63,232 bases of DNA from an uncultured Gemmatimonas sp. (GTDB lineage: Bacteria; Gemmatimonadota; Gemmatimonadetes; Gemmatimonadales; GWC2-71-9), in contig CAZFSA010000001.1 in the NCBI GenBank assembly GCA_964521535.1, positions 1 through 63,232 on the forward strand, read 5' to 3'. A program made the position numbers and the translations under genes. Below, in pieces: positions 29,000 through 37,630 of this stretch. The number at the start of each line of letters is the position of its first letter. Positions within the stretch are counted from its first letter, which is position 1. The notes beneath the pieces are model-generated. The model worked only from the letters and a program-made list of their open reading frames with translations. It did no database searches and was not told where the DNA came from.

Positions 29000-30409
29000 A
29001 TGTCGTCGAACGAGATCGAAGTCACCTCGAGCGGAAGCGCCGAGGTTCGCCGCTTCACCGACACGGTGCGGATCGGCCGGGCCGCCACCAACCAGGTCGT
29101 GGTCGACCACGACCTGGTGAGCGCCGAGCACCTCGAGCTCCGCCGCGAGGGCAGGACCTGGGAGATCGTGGACCTGGGGAGCGAGCACGGGACGTTCGTG
29201 GGCGACGAGCGGATCACCCGCGTGCCCGTGCGGGGCCTGTTGACGATTCGACTGGGTCCGGGAGGCCCCGAGCTTCGACTCGCGATCCCGCGCCACTCGA
29301 CCAGGGGGTGGACGCCCCTGGCGTTCGCCACCGACCTGGCCGGCCGCTACTTCTCGGACGAAGAGCCGGAGAACATGTCCGGCCGGACGGCGATGATCCG
29401 GGCGGCGTTTCGTGCCCACCGCGACCGTACGACCCGCACCTGGCAGCAGCGGATTCGTTCCCTGCGCCTCGCGGTCGCCCTGGCGGTGGCGGCGGCGGCG
29501 GCAGCCGGGGTCGCGGCGGTGTGGCAGGCGCAGCGGGTCCGGGCTCTCCGGGCGACGGCGGGCGCCATCTTCACCAGCATGAAGGCCCTCGAGCTCGACA
29601 TCCGCCGCCTCGAGGCCACCGCGGGTCCGGATCAGACGATCCAGGAGCGCCGGGCCCGGCTCGAATCCCAGTACGACGACCTGATCAGGACACTCGGCAT
29701 CTACAGCGATCGGACCCCGGCCGACATCCGGATCATCTACCGGACGATCCACCGGCTCGGCGAGTCGGAGGCCACGGTGCCGAGCGGCTTCATCAGGGAG
29801 ATCCAGCAAAGCATCAGGCGATGGCGGAGCGCGGGGATCGAGACGGCGTTCGCCCGGGCCGTCGCCACCGGGCTCGGGCCGCTGGTGACGGACATTCTCC
29901 GCCGGCACCACCTTCCCCGCGAGCTCTTCTACATCGCCCTCCAGGAGAGCAACCTCGACCCGCGGGCCATCGGCCCCTCAGGCAACTTCGGGGTCCCCAA
30001 GGGTCTCTGGCAGCTGATCCCGTCGACGGCCGAGGCCTATGGGCTCCGCCTCGGGCCGCTCCAGGGCGACCGGACGTTCGATCCTCTGGACGAGCGGCAC
30101 GACCCGGCCAAGGCGACCACTGCCGCCGCGCGCTACCTGGAGGACATCTACGCGACGGATGCCCAGGCGTCCGGCCTCCTGGTGCTGGCGTCCTACAACA
30201 TGGGCGACACGCGGCTGCGGAGGCTGCTTCGCTCGCTGCCGGAGTCGCCGGCCGAGCGGAACTACTGGGCGCTGCTGGACCGGCACCGGGCCAGGATCCC
30301 TCCGGAGACGCAGGACTACGTGCTCCGGGTGCTCGCCGCGGCGGCGATCGGGGAGGATCCGAGCCTCTTTGGATTCGAGGTGCCACCCCCCTTGGCGAGG
30401 TATCCATGA
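29000..30409 (+). CDS. FHA domain - transmembrane - lytic transglycosylase (SLT) protein
   Basis: N-terminal FHA pattern (RIGRAATNQVVVDHDLVSAEHLEL...WEIVDLGSEHGTFVGDERI). TM segment LAVALAVAAAAAAGVAAVW. SLT motifs ALQESNLDP, GLWQLIPSTA, ASYNMG. Confidence 0.85.
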   Translation: MSSNEIEVTSSGSAEVRRFTDTVRIGRAATNQVVVDHDLVSAEHLELRREGRTWEIVDLGSEHGTFVGDERITRVPVRGLLTIRLGPGGPELRLAIPRHSTRGWTPLAFATDLAGRYFSDEEPENMSGRTAMIRAAFRAHRDRTTRTWQQRIRSLRLAVALAVAAAAAAGVAAVWQAQRVRALRATAGAIFTSMKALELDIRRLEATAGPDQTIQERRARLESQYDDLIRTLGIYSDRTPADIRIIYRTIHRLGESEATVPSGFIREIQQSIRRWRSAGIETAFARAVATGLGPLVTDILRRHHLPRELFYIALQESNLDPRAIGPSGNFGVPKGLWQLIPSTAEAYGLRLGPLQGDRTFDPLDERHDPAKATTAAARYLEDIYATDAQASGLLVLASYNMGDTRLRRLLRSLPESPAERNYWALLDRHRARIPPETQDYVLRVLAAAAIGEDPSLFGFEVPPPLARYP

Positions 30410-31881
30410 TTCGAGCCCTTGTCGTGCTCCTGGTGATCGCTTCCGCCACGGCCGCTCCAGCCCAGCCGCCCGGTCCCTACGATCGGGTCATCCTCGGCGG
30501 GCGCGTCATGGACCCGGCCTCCCGCCTTGACGCCGTCCGCAACCTTGGCATCCGGAACGGCCGGATCGCCACGATCACCACCGGCCCGATCCGGGGCCGG
30601 GACACCGTCGCCGCCCGGGGGTTGGTGGTCGCCCCCGGATTCATCGACCTCCACGCCCATGGCCAGAACGACGAGAGCTACGGCTATTACGCCATGAACG
30701 GCGTGACCACCGCGCTGGAGCTGGAGACCGGCATTGGTCCGGTCGAGCGGTTCTACGCCGAGCGCGCCGGCAAGGCCCGGGTGAACTACGGCGGGGCCGC
30801 CTCGCACTTCCAGGCCCGCCGGATCGCGTTCGGCGACACCCTGGTGCCCTACGAACTCCGCGCCGCCGATACCTCGACCCGGTGGTCCCACACGCCCAGC
30901 ACCCCGGCCGCGATCGCCACCGTTCGGGCCGAACTGGAGAAGGACCTCGACCTGGGTGCGCTCGGCATCGGGATGGGCATCGCGTACACGCCCGGCGCTT
31001 CGGCGATCGAGATCCTCCGCAACTTCGAGCTCTGTGCCGTGCGGCGGGTGATCTGCTTCACCCACATCCGGGGAGCGGGCGGCGGGGTGGGCGGCTTCGG
31101 AGGGCTTCAGGAAGTGCTGGCCAATGCCATGGTGACCGGGGCGGCGCTCCACGTGGTCCACATCAACAGCTCGAGCGGCGCCAATGCCGGCTCTCCCGAC
31201 GCGGGAGAGTTCCTCCGAGCGATTCATCGGGCCCGCGCTCACGGCGTGGACGTGACCACGGAGGCATATCCCTACACCGCCAGCTCGACGCTGCTCCAGT
31301 CGTCGCTCTACGATCGGGCCCTCGACACCCCGGGCTACGACTTCGACCGGCTGGTCTGGGCGGCCACCGGCGAGCATCTCACGCGCGAGTCATTCATCCG
31401 GTATCGGCAGCAGGGCGGGATCATCATTCAGATCGGCGGGCCCGACGCGAACCTCCATCCGATCTTCCGGGACTCGATCGTCATGGTGGCGAGCGACGCG
31501 GTGCCGTATGTCCAGCACCGCGGCAATCCGCGGCTCGCGGGAACCTTTGCTCGGGTGCTGGGGCGCTACGTTCGCGAGGAGCGCCTCTTCCCGCTCATGG
31601 AAGGGCTCCGCCGGATGACGATCATGCCGGCCCAGCGGCTCCAGGCCTCGGTTCCCCAGATGGCGCGCAAAGGTCGGATCGCGGTGGGCGCGGACGCTGA
31701 TCTCACCATCTTCGACCCGGCGACCGTCATCGACCGCGCCACGGTCGAGGAGCCGGCGCAGTACTCGGCCGGGATCGTGCACGTCCTGGTCGGCGGCATC
31801 CCGGTGGTGCGGGACGCCAGGCTGGTGGATGGTGTCCTCCCCGGTCAGCCGATCCGCAGGTCGATCCGCCGGTCGGAGTGA
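30406..31881 (+). CDS. N-acyl-D-amino-acid deacylase (D-aminoacylase) family amidohydrolase, secreted
   Basis: The real gene is the 3' 491 codons of track ORF 27832..31881. ATG 30406 overlaps the upstream TGA. Signal peptide; GFIDLHAHG metal motif; C-terminal ADLTIFDP...V..V.V.G typical of the family. Confidence 0.85.
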   Translation: MIRALVVLLVIASATAAPAQPPGPYDRVILGGRVMDPASRLDAVRNLGIRNGRIATITTGPIRGRDTVAARGLVVAPGFIDLHAHGQNDESYGYYAMNGVTTALELETGIGPVERFYAERAGKARVNYGGAASHFQARRIAFGDTLVPYELRAADTSTRWSHTPSTPAAIATVRAELEKDLDLGALGIGMGIAYTPGASAIEILRNFELCAVRRVICFTHIRGAGGGVGGFGGLQEVLANAMVTGAALHVVHINSSSGANAGSPDAGEFLRAIHRARAHGVDVTTEAYPYTASSTLLQSSLYDRALDTPGYDFDRLVWAATGEHLTRESFIRYRQQGGIIIQIGGPDANLHPIFRDSIVMVASDAVPYVQHRGNPRLAGTFARVLGRYVREERLFPLMEGLRRMTIMPAQRLQASVPQMARKGRIAVGADADLTIFDPATVIDRATVEEPAQYSAGIVHVLVGGIPVVRDARLVDGVLPGQPIRRSIRRSE

Positions 31882-32016
31882 GGTGCCTTGCGGCTGACCA
31901 CCCGGCGGTGGTCGTGACCGAGATGGCCGGGCGGGCTGCGGACAGGCGGGTGGGGTGGATGCGCGATTTCGCCACGCTTCGCACGACGTTGGTTAGGCCG
32001 GTCGGCGGGTCCACCC

Positions 32017-32041
32017 GCAACCTGGCACGATGCCAGGTTGC
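32017..32041 (+). terminator. perfect 11-bp hairpin with 3-nt loop
   Basis: gcaacctggca-cga-tgccaggttgc, 135 nt after the D-aminoacylase stop and 27 nt before the Uma2 start. No U-tract, so function is uncertain. Confidence 0.3.
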
Positions 32042-32067
32042 CCCGACTCCCGCCGAGGCGTCAGATT

Positions 32068-32622
32068 ATGGCCATGGCCGTCACGCTCCGGCGCTTCACC
32101 GTCGATCAGCTCAACGCCTTCCCCGACGACGGGAACCGCTACGAGCTGCTCGACGGGGTCCTGTTCGTGACCCCGGCGCCGGGCCTTGCGCATCAGATCG
32201 TCGCCACGCGGCTCGCGGCCATTCTCCACGCGTTTCTCGAGGAGCTACCGGGCGTCTTCGTGGCGGCCCCCGGCGTCGTCGAGCTCAGGCCCGGCGTCCG
32301 GATGGAGCCGGACGTCCTGGTCGGCCGTCTCCCCCGCTCCGGCTCCCGGTGGGCCAACGTCCCCGATCACTGGCTGGCGGTCGAGGTCTCCGGCGCCGAC
32401 TCCCGCGTCCACGATCGGGAGTACAAGCGGGATGCCTACCTCGAGATCGGAGTCCGCGAAGTCTGGCTGGTGGATCTCGAGGCACGGCGGATCGACGTGT
32501 CCGGGCCCGGCGGGGAACGAGACACTCCTCACCCGCAGCTGCTGACGTGGCGCTCTCCCGGAAGCGACCGCGAGCTTCGAATCGATGTCGGCGCCGTCTT
32601 CCGCGGGGTGCCGCGCGAGTGA
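32068..32622 (+). CDS. Uma2 (DUF820) family PD-(D/E)xK endonuclease-like protein
   Basis: FPDDGNRYELLDGVL...MEPDVLV...LAVEVSGADSRVHDREYKRDAYLEIGVREVWLVD fits the Uma2 pattern (D...EvlS....D..K..Y...G..eYW.vD). Start at ATG 32068. Confidence 0.85.
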   Translation: MAMAVTLRRFTVDQLNAFPDDGNRYELLDGVLFVTPAPGLAHQIVATRLAAILHAFLEELPGVFVAAPGVVELRPGVRMEPDVLVGRLPRSGSRWANVPDHWLAVEVSGADSRVHDREYKRDAYLEIGVREVWLVDLEARRIDVSGPGGERDTPHPQLLTWRSPGSDRELRIDVGAVFRGVPRE

Positions 32623-32704
32623 GCCGGTACCGTCTCTGATTCCGTGACCCGACCGCGCGCTCGGGGTCGGCCCGGCCTCCACCCCCTGGCGGAACAGCCC
32701 GCGG

Positions 32705-34240
32705 TCACGCCATCCGTCCCCGCGACAGCTCCTGTCGCAGTTCCCGCTTCAGGGTCTTGCCCGCCACGTTGCGCGGGAAATCGGAGCGGAGCACGACCTC
32801 GCGCACCCGCTGGTACTTGGCGCCGACCCGGGCGTTGATCCACTCCTTGAGCGCCTCCGCGTCGACGGCGCCCGGCGCGATCGGAACCACCGCAGCGACC
32901 ACCGCCTCCCCCCAGCGTTCGTCCGGCACCCCAATGACCGCCACTTCCCGGACCGCCGGGTGCGCGGCGGCCACGGCTTCGATGTCCTTGGGATATACGT
33001 TGACGCCGCCCGAGATGATCATGTCCTTCTTGCGGTCCACCAGGTACAGGTACCCCTCGTCGTCGACGTATCCCAGATCGCCGGTGTAGAGCCAGCCGTC
33101 ACGAATCGCCTCGCGGGTGAGATCCGGCCGCTTGTAGTACCCGGGCGTGAGCAGCGGCCCCCGTCCGATGATCTCCCCCACGGTACCCGCCGGCAGCGGC
33201 CGTCCCTCGTCATCGACCACCTTGAGCTCCGACAGGGGGAGCGGAGCGCCGACGGACCCCGGTTTCCGGAGGAAGTCGATCGGGTCGAGCACCGTGGCAC
33301 ACCCGCCCTCTGTGAGGCCGTAGAGTTCGTAGAAGATGCCGGAACGCAGCTCCGCCAACCGCTGCTTGTACTCCAGGTGCAACGGGGCTCCCACGGTGAG
33401 CAGCATCTGGAGCGAGGCCAGCGCCTCGCGGGTGAACCCCGGCTCGGCCAGCAGCGCCACGATCTGCGAGGGGACCAGCATCACGTGCGTGGCCCGCTCC
33501 GCCACGAGGGCCTCGACGTATGAGCGCGGCTCGAACTTCGGCTGGAGCACGAGGGTCGCACCGAGATACATCCAGGGGATGAAGGTGAGCATGGCGCCGT
33601 TGAACACCAGCGAGCCCGACTGGAGCATCACGCTGTCCCGGCCCATGCGGAAGGCGGTCCCGAACACCATGCCGTAGTGGGCCCGGATGTTGTGGTCGTG
33701 CACGATGCCCTTGGGCGTTCCGGTGGTGCCGCTGGAGTACATGATGTTGTAGGGATCGGTGCCGACGACCCCGCTCGGCGGCGGCTCGGTCTCCGGGGCC
33801 CCCGCCACCAGTGCGGCATAGCTCGCGAACCCTGGCCGGCCGGCGCCGTCGACCAGCAGAAACCGATCGCACGGGATCGCGGCGAGCTGGTCGCGCACGG
33901 CGTCCACCTCGTCGGCCAGCGCGGCGCAGGTCACCAGCGCGGCGGCGTCGCTGTCGTTGAGGAGGGACACGAGTCCGGGGCCCCGCAGGAGGGGGCTCAG
34001 CGGCACGGCCACCAGGCCGGTCTTGGCGATGGCCCAGTAGAGCTCCACCAGTTCGATCCCGTTGGGGAGCAGCAGGGCGACCTTGTCGCCCTTCACGAGG
34101 TCGAGCGCGAGCAGGGCGTTGGCGGCGCGATTGATGCGCGCGTTGAGGGCGCGCCAGGTGAGACGGGTGCCCTCGAAGACCAGCGCCTCGCGGTCGCCGT
34201 AGTGCCGGGCGTTGCGGGTGGGGAGGGTTCCGATGTCCAT
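32705..34240 (-). CDS. long-chain-fatty-acid--CoA ligase-like AMP-binding enzyme
   Basis: IMYSSGTTGTPKG, YGLTE, TGDLGYVDDEGYLYLVDRKKDMI, GKTLKR. Start at ATG 34240 (MDIGTLPTRNARHYG). Confidence 0.9.
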   Translation of the reverse strand: MDIGTLPTRNARHYGDREALVFEGTRLTWRALNARINRAANALLALDLVKGDKVALLLPNGIELVELYWAIAKTGLVAVPLSPLLRGPGLVSLLNDSDAAALVTCAALADEVDAVRDQLAAIPCDRFLLVDGAGRPGFASYAALVAGAPETEPPPSGVVGTDPYNIMYSSGTTGTPKGIVHDHNIRAHYGMVFGTAFRMGRDSVMLQSGSLVFNGAMLTFIPWMYLGATLVLQPKFEPRSYVEALVAERATHVMLVPSQIVALLAEPGFTREALASLQMLLTVGAPLHLEYKQRLAELRSGIFYELYGLTEGGCATVLDPIDFLRKPGSVGAPLPLSELKVVDDEGRPLPAGTVGEIIGRGPLLTPGYYKRPDLTREAIRDGWLYTGDLGYVDDEGYLYLVDRKKDMIISGGVNVYPKDIEAVAAAHPAVREVAVIGVPDERWGEAVVAAVVPIAPGAVDAEALKEWINARVGAKYQRVREVVLRSDFPRNVAGKTLKRELRQELSRGRMA

Positions 34241-34467
34241 GTGAGGGACGTGACGAAAGCGCAGAGGGCCACGAAACGGAACGGCGCCAGGCAGAGCCAC
34301 CTGGCGGGCTCCCCTTTCTACCGTCCGGGAGGCGGGTTGTCAACACAGCAGTCGGCAGGGAGCATGGCCGGCGGACGGGACGGCGTCTTGTCGGTCGCCC
34401 CGGAAGCTTGTACTTTGTCTCGCAAAGTGCCGCGTCACCTCGACCGCGGTCCTGCCTGGAGCTGCCG

Positions 34468-34977
34468 ATGACCGCTCGCGACCCCATTCGCCGCCTCCGG
34501 GGCGCGCTGGGCAACGCCCTGATCTGGGGCGCTGGCTGGTCGGTCCTTGCCTTCGTGGTGTTCGGTACCCTCCGGCTCGCCGGCATCTTCTCGCCGGAGG
34601 CCCCCTGGACTTATATCGCCGGCCTGGCCCTGAGAGCGGGGATGGTGGGGTTCTTCGCCGGGGCCGCCTTTTCCACGCTGGTCCGGCTCCTCTACCACGG
34701 CCGGCGCCTGTCGGAGATCAGCTGGGTGTGGTTCGGCATCGGCGGCGGGATAGCGACGGGCGTGTTCGTGCCCCTCTTCCTCCAGGCGATGAACCTGCTG
34801 TCGGGCGACGGGCTGGTGCCCTGGAACCTGGTGCTGGACGATGCGGTCTGGACGGCCGGGTTTGGCGCCGTGGTGTCCGCCGGTTCGCTCAAGCTGGCCC
34901 AGCGCGCTCAGGCCGCGCTGCCCGGCCGCCCGGACGATGGCGGCGACGGGATCGGGACCCTCGAACGCCAGAACTAG
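34468..34977 (+). CDS. membrane protein, unknown function
   Basis: Four predicted hydrophobic helices (WGAGWSVLAFVVFGTL, IAGLALRAGMVGFFAGAAF, VWFGIGGGIATGVFVPLFL, AVWTAGFGAVVSAG). Start at ATG 34468. Confidence 0.6.
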   Translation: MTARDPIRRLRGALGNALIWGAGWSVLAFVVFGTLRLAGIFSPEAPWTYIAGLALRAGMVGFFAGAAFSTLVRLLYHGRRLSEISWVWFGIGGGIATGVFVPLFLQAMNLLSGDGLVPWNLVLDDAVWTAGFGAVVSAGSLKLAQRAQAALPGRPDDGGDGIGTLERQN

Positions 34978-35060
34978 CGGCGTCTGGCCCGGCCAGGGAT
35001 CCCGCCATACCTTCCCCGAGGCCAGTTCGATTCGCCCGCGGACCAACAGGAAGGTATGCG

Positions 35061-35267
35061 ATGGAAGAAGCCGCGCGACTCGAGGAGGTGACGCGCTACA
35101 TCCGCGGCAAGCACGGCAAGTTCCCGGGCATCCGGAGCACGATCATGCTGCCGGGGTGCGTGCAGGCGCATCACCTCGATACCCACTTCTACGACACGCA
35201 TTACCAGCAGGGCGCGTATCTCCAGACCCCCGCCGAGCCCCTGAAGCGCTGGCACGGCCGCGAGTGA
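35061..35267 (+). CDS. small hypothetical protein (68 aa)
   Basis: ATG 35061 is preceded by AGGAAGG. Product: MEEAARLEEVTRYIRGKHGKFPGIRSTIMLPGCVQAHHLDTHFYDTHYQQGAYLQTPAEPLKRWHGRE. No recognisable family. Confidence 0.4.
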   Translation: MEEAARLEEVTRYIRGKHGKFPGIRSTIMLPGCVQAHHLDTHFYDTHYQQGAYLQTPAEPLKRWHGRE

Positions 35268-35289
35268 GAACGCGGCTCCGGAGGCCCCC

Positions 35290-35658
35290 ATGACCCGTAC
35301 CGGGTTCGTCGTCGTCCTGCTGCTCGCCCTGCCGGCCGCGGGCTGCGGCCACTATCGGCAGAGCGCGCTCGGCATCACCCCCGCCGCCACCGCCGAGTGC
35401 CCCGATATGTCGCGGGGATGCAGCCGGACCGTGGTCGGGCTCCTCTGGAACGCGGTCCGGGTGAAGGACCCGCCGCTCGCCGCCTGCGGGCCGACTGGCC
35501 TGGCCGAGGTGACGGTGAGGAACACGTTCCTGGGGACGCTGGTCGGCGTCGTGACCCTGGGACTGGTGGCACCGCACCAGGTCGAATGGAAGTGCGCGCC
35601 GCCGCATCCGGCCTCAGGCGGGGGGATCGTCACGGACTCGACCCCGCCCAGGAGGTAG
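35290..35658 (+). CDS. Bor/Iss-like lipoprotein
   Basis: Lipobox LLALPAAGC. The C-terminal TVRNTFLGTLVGVVTLGLVAPHQVEWKC resembles (from memory) lambda Bor ...TQQTFVNGLLGFITLGIYTPLEARVYC. Confidence 0.6.
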   Translation: MTRTGFVVVLLLALPAAGCGHYRQSALGITPAATAECPDMSRGCSRTVVGLLWNAVRVKDPPLAACGPTGLAEVTVRNTFLGTLVGVVTLGLVAPHQVEWKCAPPHPASGGGIVTDSTPPRR

Positions 35659-35661
35659 ACG

Positions 35662-37173
35662 ATGCCGGCCACGGCGGCCATCTGGCGGAACTGGCACGAG
35701 ACCGTGACCCGGCCGGTTCGCCGGTTCGAGGTCCTGAGCAACCCGGACGAGACCCGGTCGACCATCCCCGGCTACAAGGCCACAGCCCGCCGGATCCAGG
35801 AACTGATCCTGGAAGCGGATGAGGGCGACGTCCGGCTCCGGGCGGTGGGGGGCGGCTGGTCGTTCACCAACGTGGCCGCGACCGACGGCATCGGACTCGG
35901 CACCCAGCGGCTCAACTATCGGTTCGGCCTCGGACCCGCGGATCTGGTCAAGTCGTACCCACCCGATCAGCTGCCGGTGCTGCTCCAGGGCGGGATCTCG
36001 GTCGCGTCGGTGAACCGGTTCCTGGCCGGACGGAACCAGGCGCTGCCCACCAGCGGGGCGAGCAACGGGCAAACCATCGCGGGGGCGATCGCCACGGGGA
36101 CGCACGGCGCGGCGATCGACGTGGGGGCGATGCAGGACTGCGTGGTGGCGATCCACCTGGCGACCCGGCCCGACGGCAAGACGCTCTGGCTGGAGCGGCA
36201 GAGCGACCCGATCCTGAGCCCGGCCGCCCGGGCGGCGCTCGACGTCGAGCTGGTGGACGACGACGCAGTGTTCGAGGCGGCGCTGGTCAGCATGGGTTGC
36301 TTCGGCGTCGTCCTTGGCGTGGTGATCGAGCCGGTGCCGATCTTCTGGCTTCACGGGTGGCGCCAGCCGATCGCCCTCACCCAGGCGCACTGGGACGCGA
36401 TCCACGCGATGGACTTCACCAGCGTCTCGCTGCCGGGCGACGACCGGGGGCCGTCGGGAGCGAAGCGGCGCCCTCACCACGTCGAGCTGCTCTGCAACGT
36501 GCTCGACGGGGAGAAGACCTTCACCCAGCTGCTGTACCGGGAGCCCGCGCGCCCGCCGGGCTCGAAGCCGGTGTCGCTCGACGGCGGCGTGGGCAAGGGC
36601 GACAGCGCGCTCGACGTGATCGGGGTGGTGACCGACGCGCTGAGCCCGGCGGCGAAGCTCGCGGCCAAGCTGCTGAGCGCGGCCTACCAGACCTACGAGA
36701 ACGTGGCCGGGACGCCAGGCGAGGTGTTCAAGGACACCTCGACCCGGGGCCGGGGCGCTTCCTCGGCGATGGGCATCCCCGTGACGGAGGCCCGGCGCGG
36801 CTTCGATCTCGCGGTCGCGGCGGTCAAGGCCGAGGAGGCGCCGGCCCTGGTGTCGATGCGGTTCGTGAAGCAGTCACGGGCCACGCTGGCGTTCACGAGT
36901 CACGACCCCGTGACCTGCATCCTGGAGGTGGACGGGGCGCACTCCGCTCGGACCCTCGCCGCGCAGCAACGGACCTGGCTCGGCGTGGCCCAGGCCAAGA
37001 TTCCCCACACCTTCCACTGGGGGAAGCGGAACGAGCTGGACGCGGCCTCGGTCCGGGCCTGCTACGGCGCCCGGGTCGATGCCTGGCTCACGGCCCGGCG
37101 CCGGCTCCTCGACGCCGAGGGCCGCCGGATCTTCTCCAACGAGTTCTCGGACCATCTCAATCTCTCGCTCTGA
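35662..37173 (+). CDS. FAD-binding PCMH-type oxidoreductase-like protein (sugar-1,4-lactone oxidase-like)
   Basis: 503 aa. VRLRAVGGGWSFTNVAATDG...QGGISVASVN...GASNGQTIAGAIATGTHG matches the FAD_binding_4/ALO pattern. It starts 4 nt after the Bor-like gene. Confidence 0.75.
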   Translation: MPATAAIWRNWHETVTRPVRRFEVLSNPDETRSTIPGYKATARRIQELILEADEGDVRLRAVGGGWSFTNVAATDGIGLGTQRLNYRFGLGPADLVKSYPPDQLPVLLQGGISVASVNRFLAGRNQALPTSGASNGQTIAGAIATGTHGAAIDVGAMQDCVVAIHLATRPDGKTLWLERQSDPILSPAARAALDVELVDDDAVFEAALVSMGCFGVVLGVVIEPVPIFWLHGWRQPIALTQAHWDAIHAMDFTSVSLPGDDRGPSGAKRRPHHVELLCNVLDGEKTFTQLLYREPARPPGSKPVSLDGGVGKGDSALDVIGVVTDALSPAAKLAAKLLSAAYQTYENVAGTPGEVFKDTSTRGRGASSAMGIPVTEARRGFDLAVAAVKAEEAPALVSMRFVKQSRATLAFTSHDPVTCILEVDGAHSARTLAAQQRTWLGVAQAKIPHTFHWGKRNELDAASVRACYGARVDAWLTARRRLLDAEGRRIFSNEFSDHLNLSL

Positions 37174-37192
37174 CCGAACGGAGGAGCCGCCG

Positions 37193-37630
37193 ATGACGCT
37201 CAACTCCCTGCCCGCCATCGTCACGCTGCTGATTGCCTTGAGCGTGGCGACGGAGCGGTTCGTGGAGATCGTGAAGGGGTTCGTGCCGTGGCTCGACGAG
37301 GCGAGCCTGAATCGGCGGCGGGAGGCCCACCGCCGCGCCTGGCTCCAGATCCTGGCCGCAACCGGCGGCGTGGGGATCACGGTCGTGACCTGGCCGGTGG
37401 TGTCCGAGGTGATCGGCGAGGCCGGGACGGGCCCGGCCACGCCGTCGATCAACTGGCCCACGGTGCTGGCGCTGGGGTTCCTGGCGAGCGGCGGCTCCGG
37501 GTTCTGGAACTCGATCCTCACGTACGTGACCAGCATGAAGGAGCTGAAGCGCGTGGATGTGCGGGACCGGGAGGCGGCGTCGGCCGCACGGCCCCTGCCC
37601 GACCCGGCGGCGGGTACCCTGTCGTCGTGA
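37193..37630 (+). CDS. membrane protein, unknown function
   Basis: ATG 37193 is preceded by GGAGGAG. 145 aa with 3 hydrophobic segments. Confidence 0.6.
   Translation: MTLNSLPAIVTLLIALSVATERFVEIVKGFVPWLDEASLNRRREAHRRAWLQILAATGGVGITVVTWPVVSEVIGEAGTGPATPSINWPTVLALGFLASGGSGFWNSILTYVTSMKELKRVDVRDREAASAARPLPDPAAGTLSS

Noticed and set aside
29470-29520. GCG/GCC-rich simple repeat (gcggtggcggcggcggcggcagcc…) considered as a tandem repeat. More generally, a look for CRISPR-like spaced repeats across the window.
   Set aside because: The repeat encodes the poly-Ala transmembrane helix of the FHA-SLT protein. I saw no regularly spaced direct repeats anywhere by eye.
27832-31881. 1349-aa plus ORF (and likewise 17115..20528, 1137 aa; 39985..41367; 8771..9997) taken at face value.
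   Set aside because: Only the 3' portions correspond to real genes (D-aminoacylase, CoA ligase, CC-motif protein, cutA). The long 5' extensions overlap other well-supported genes and are low-complexity. Starts were reassigned to internal ATG/GTG codons with overlap or RBS support.
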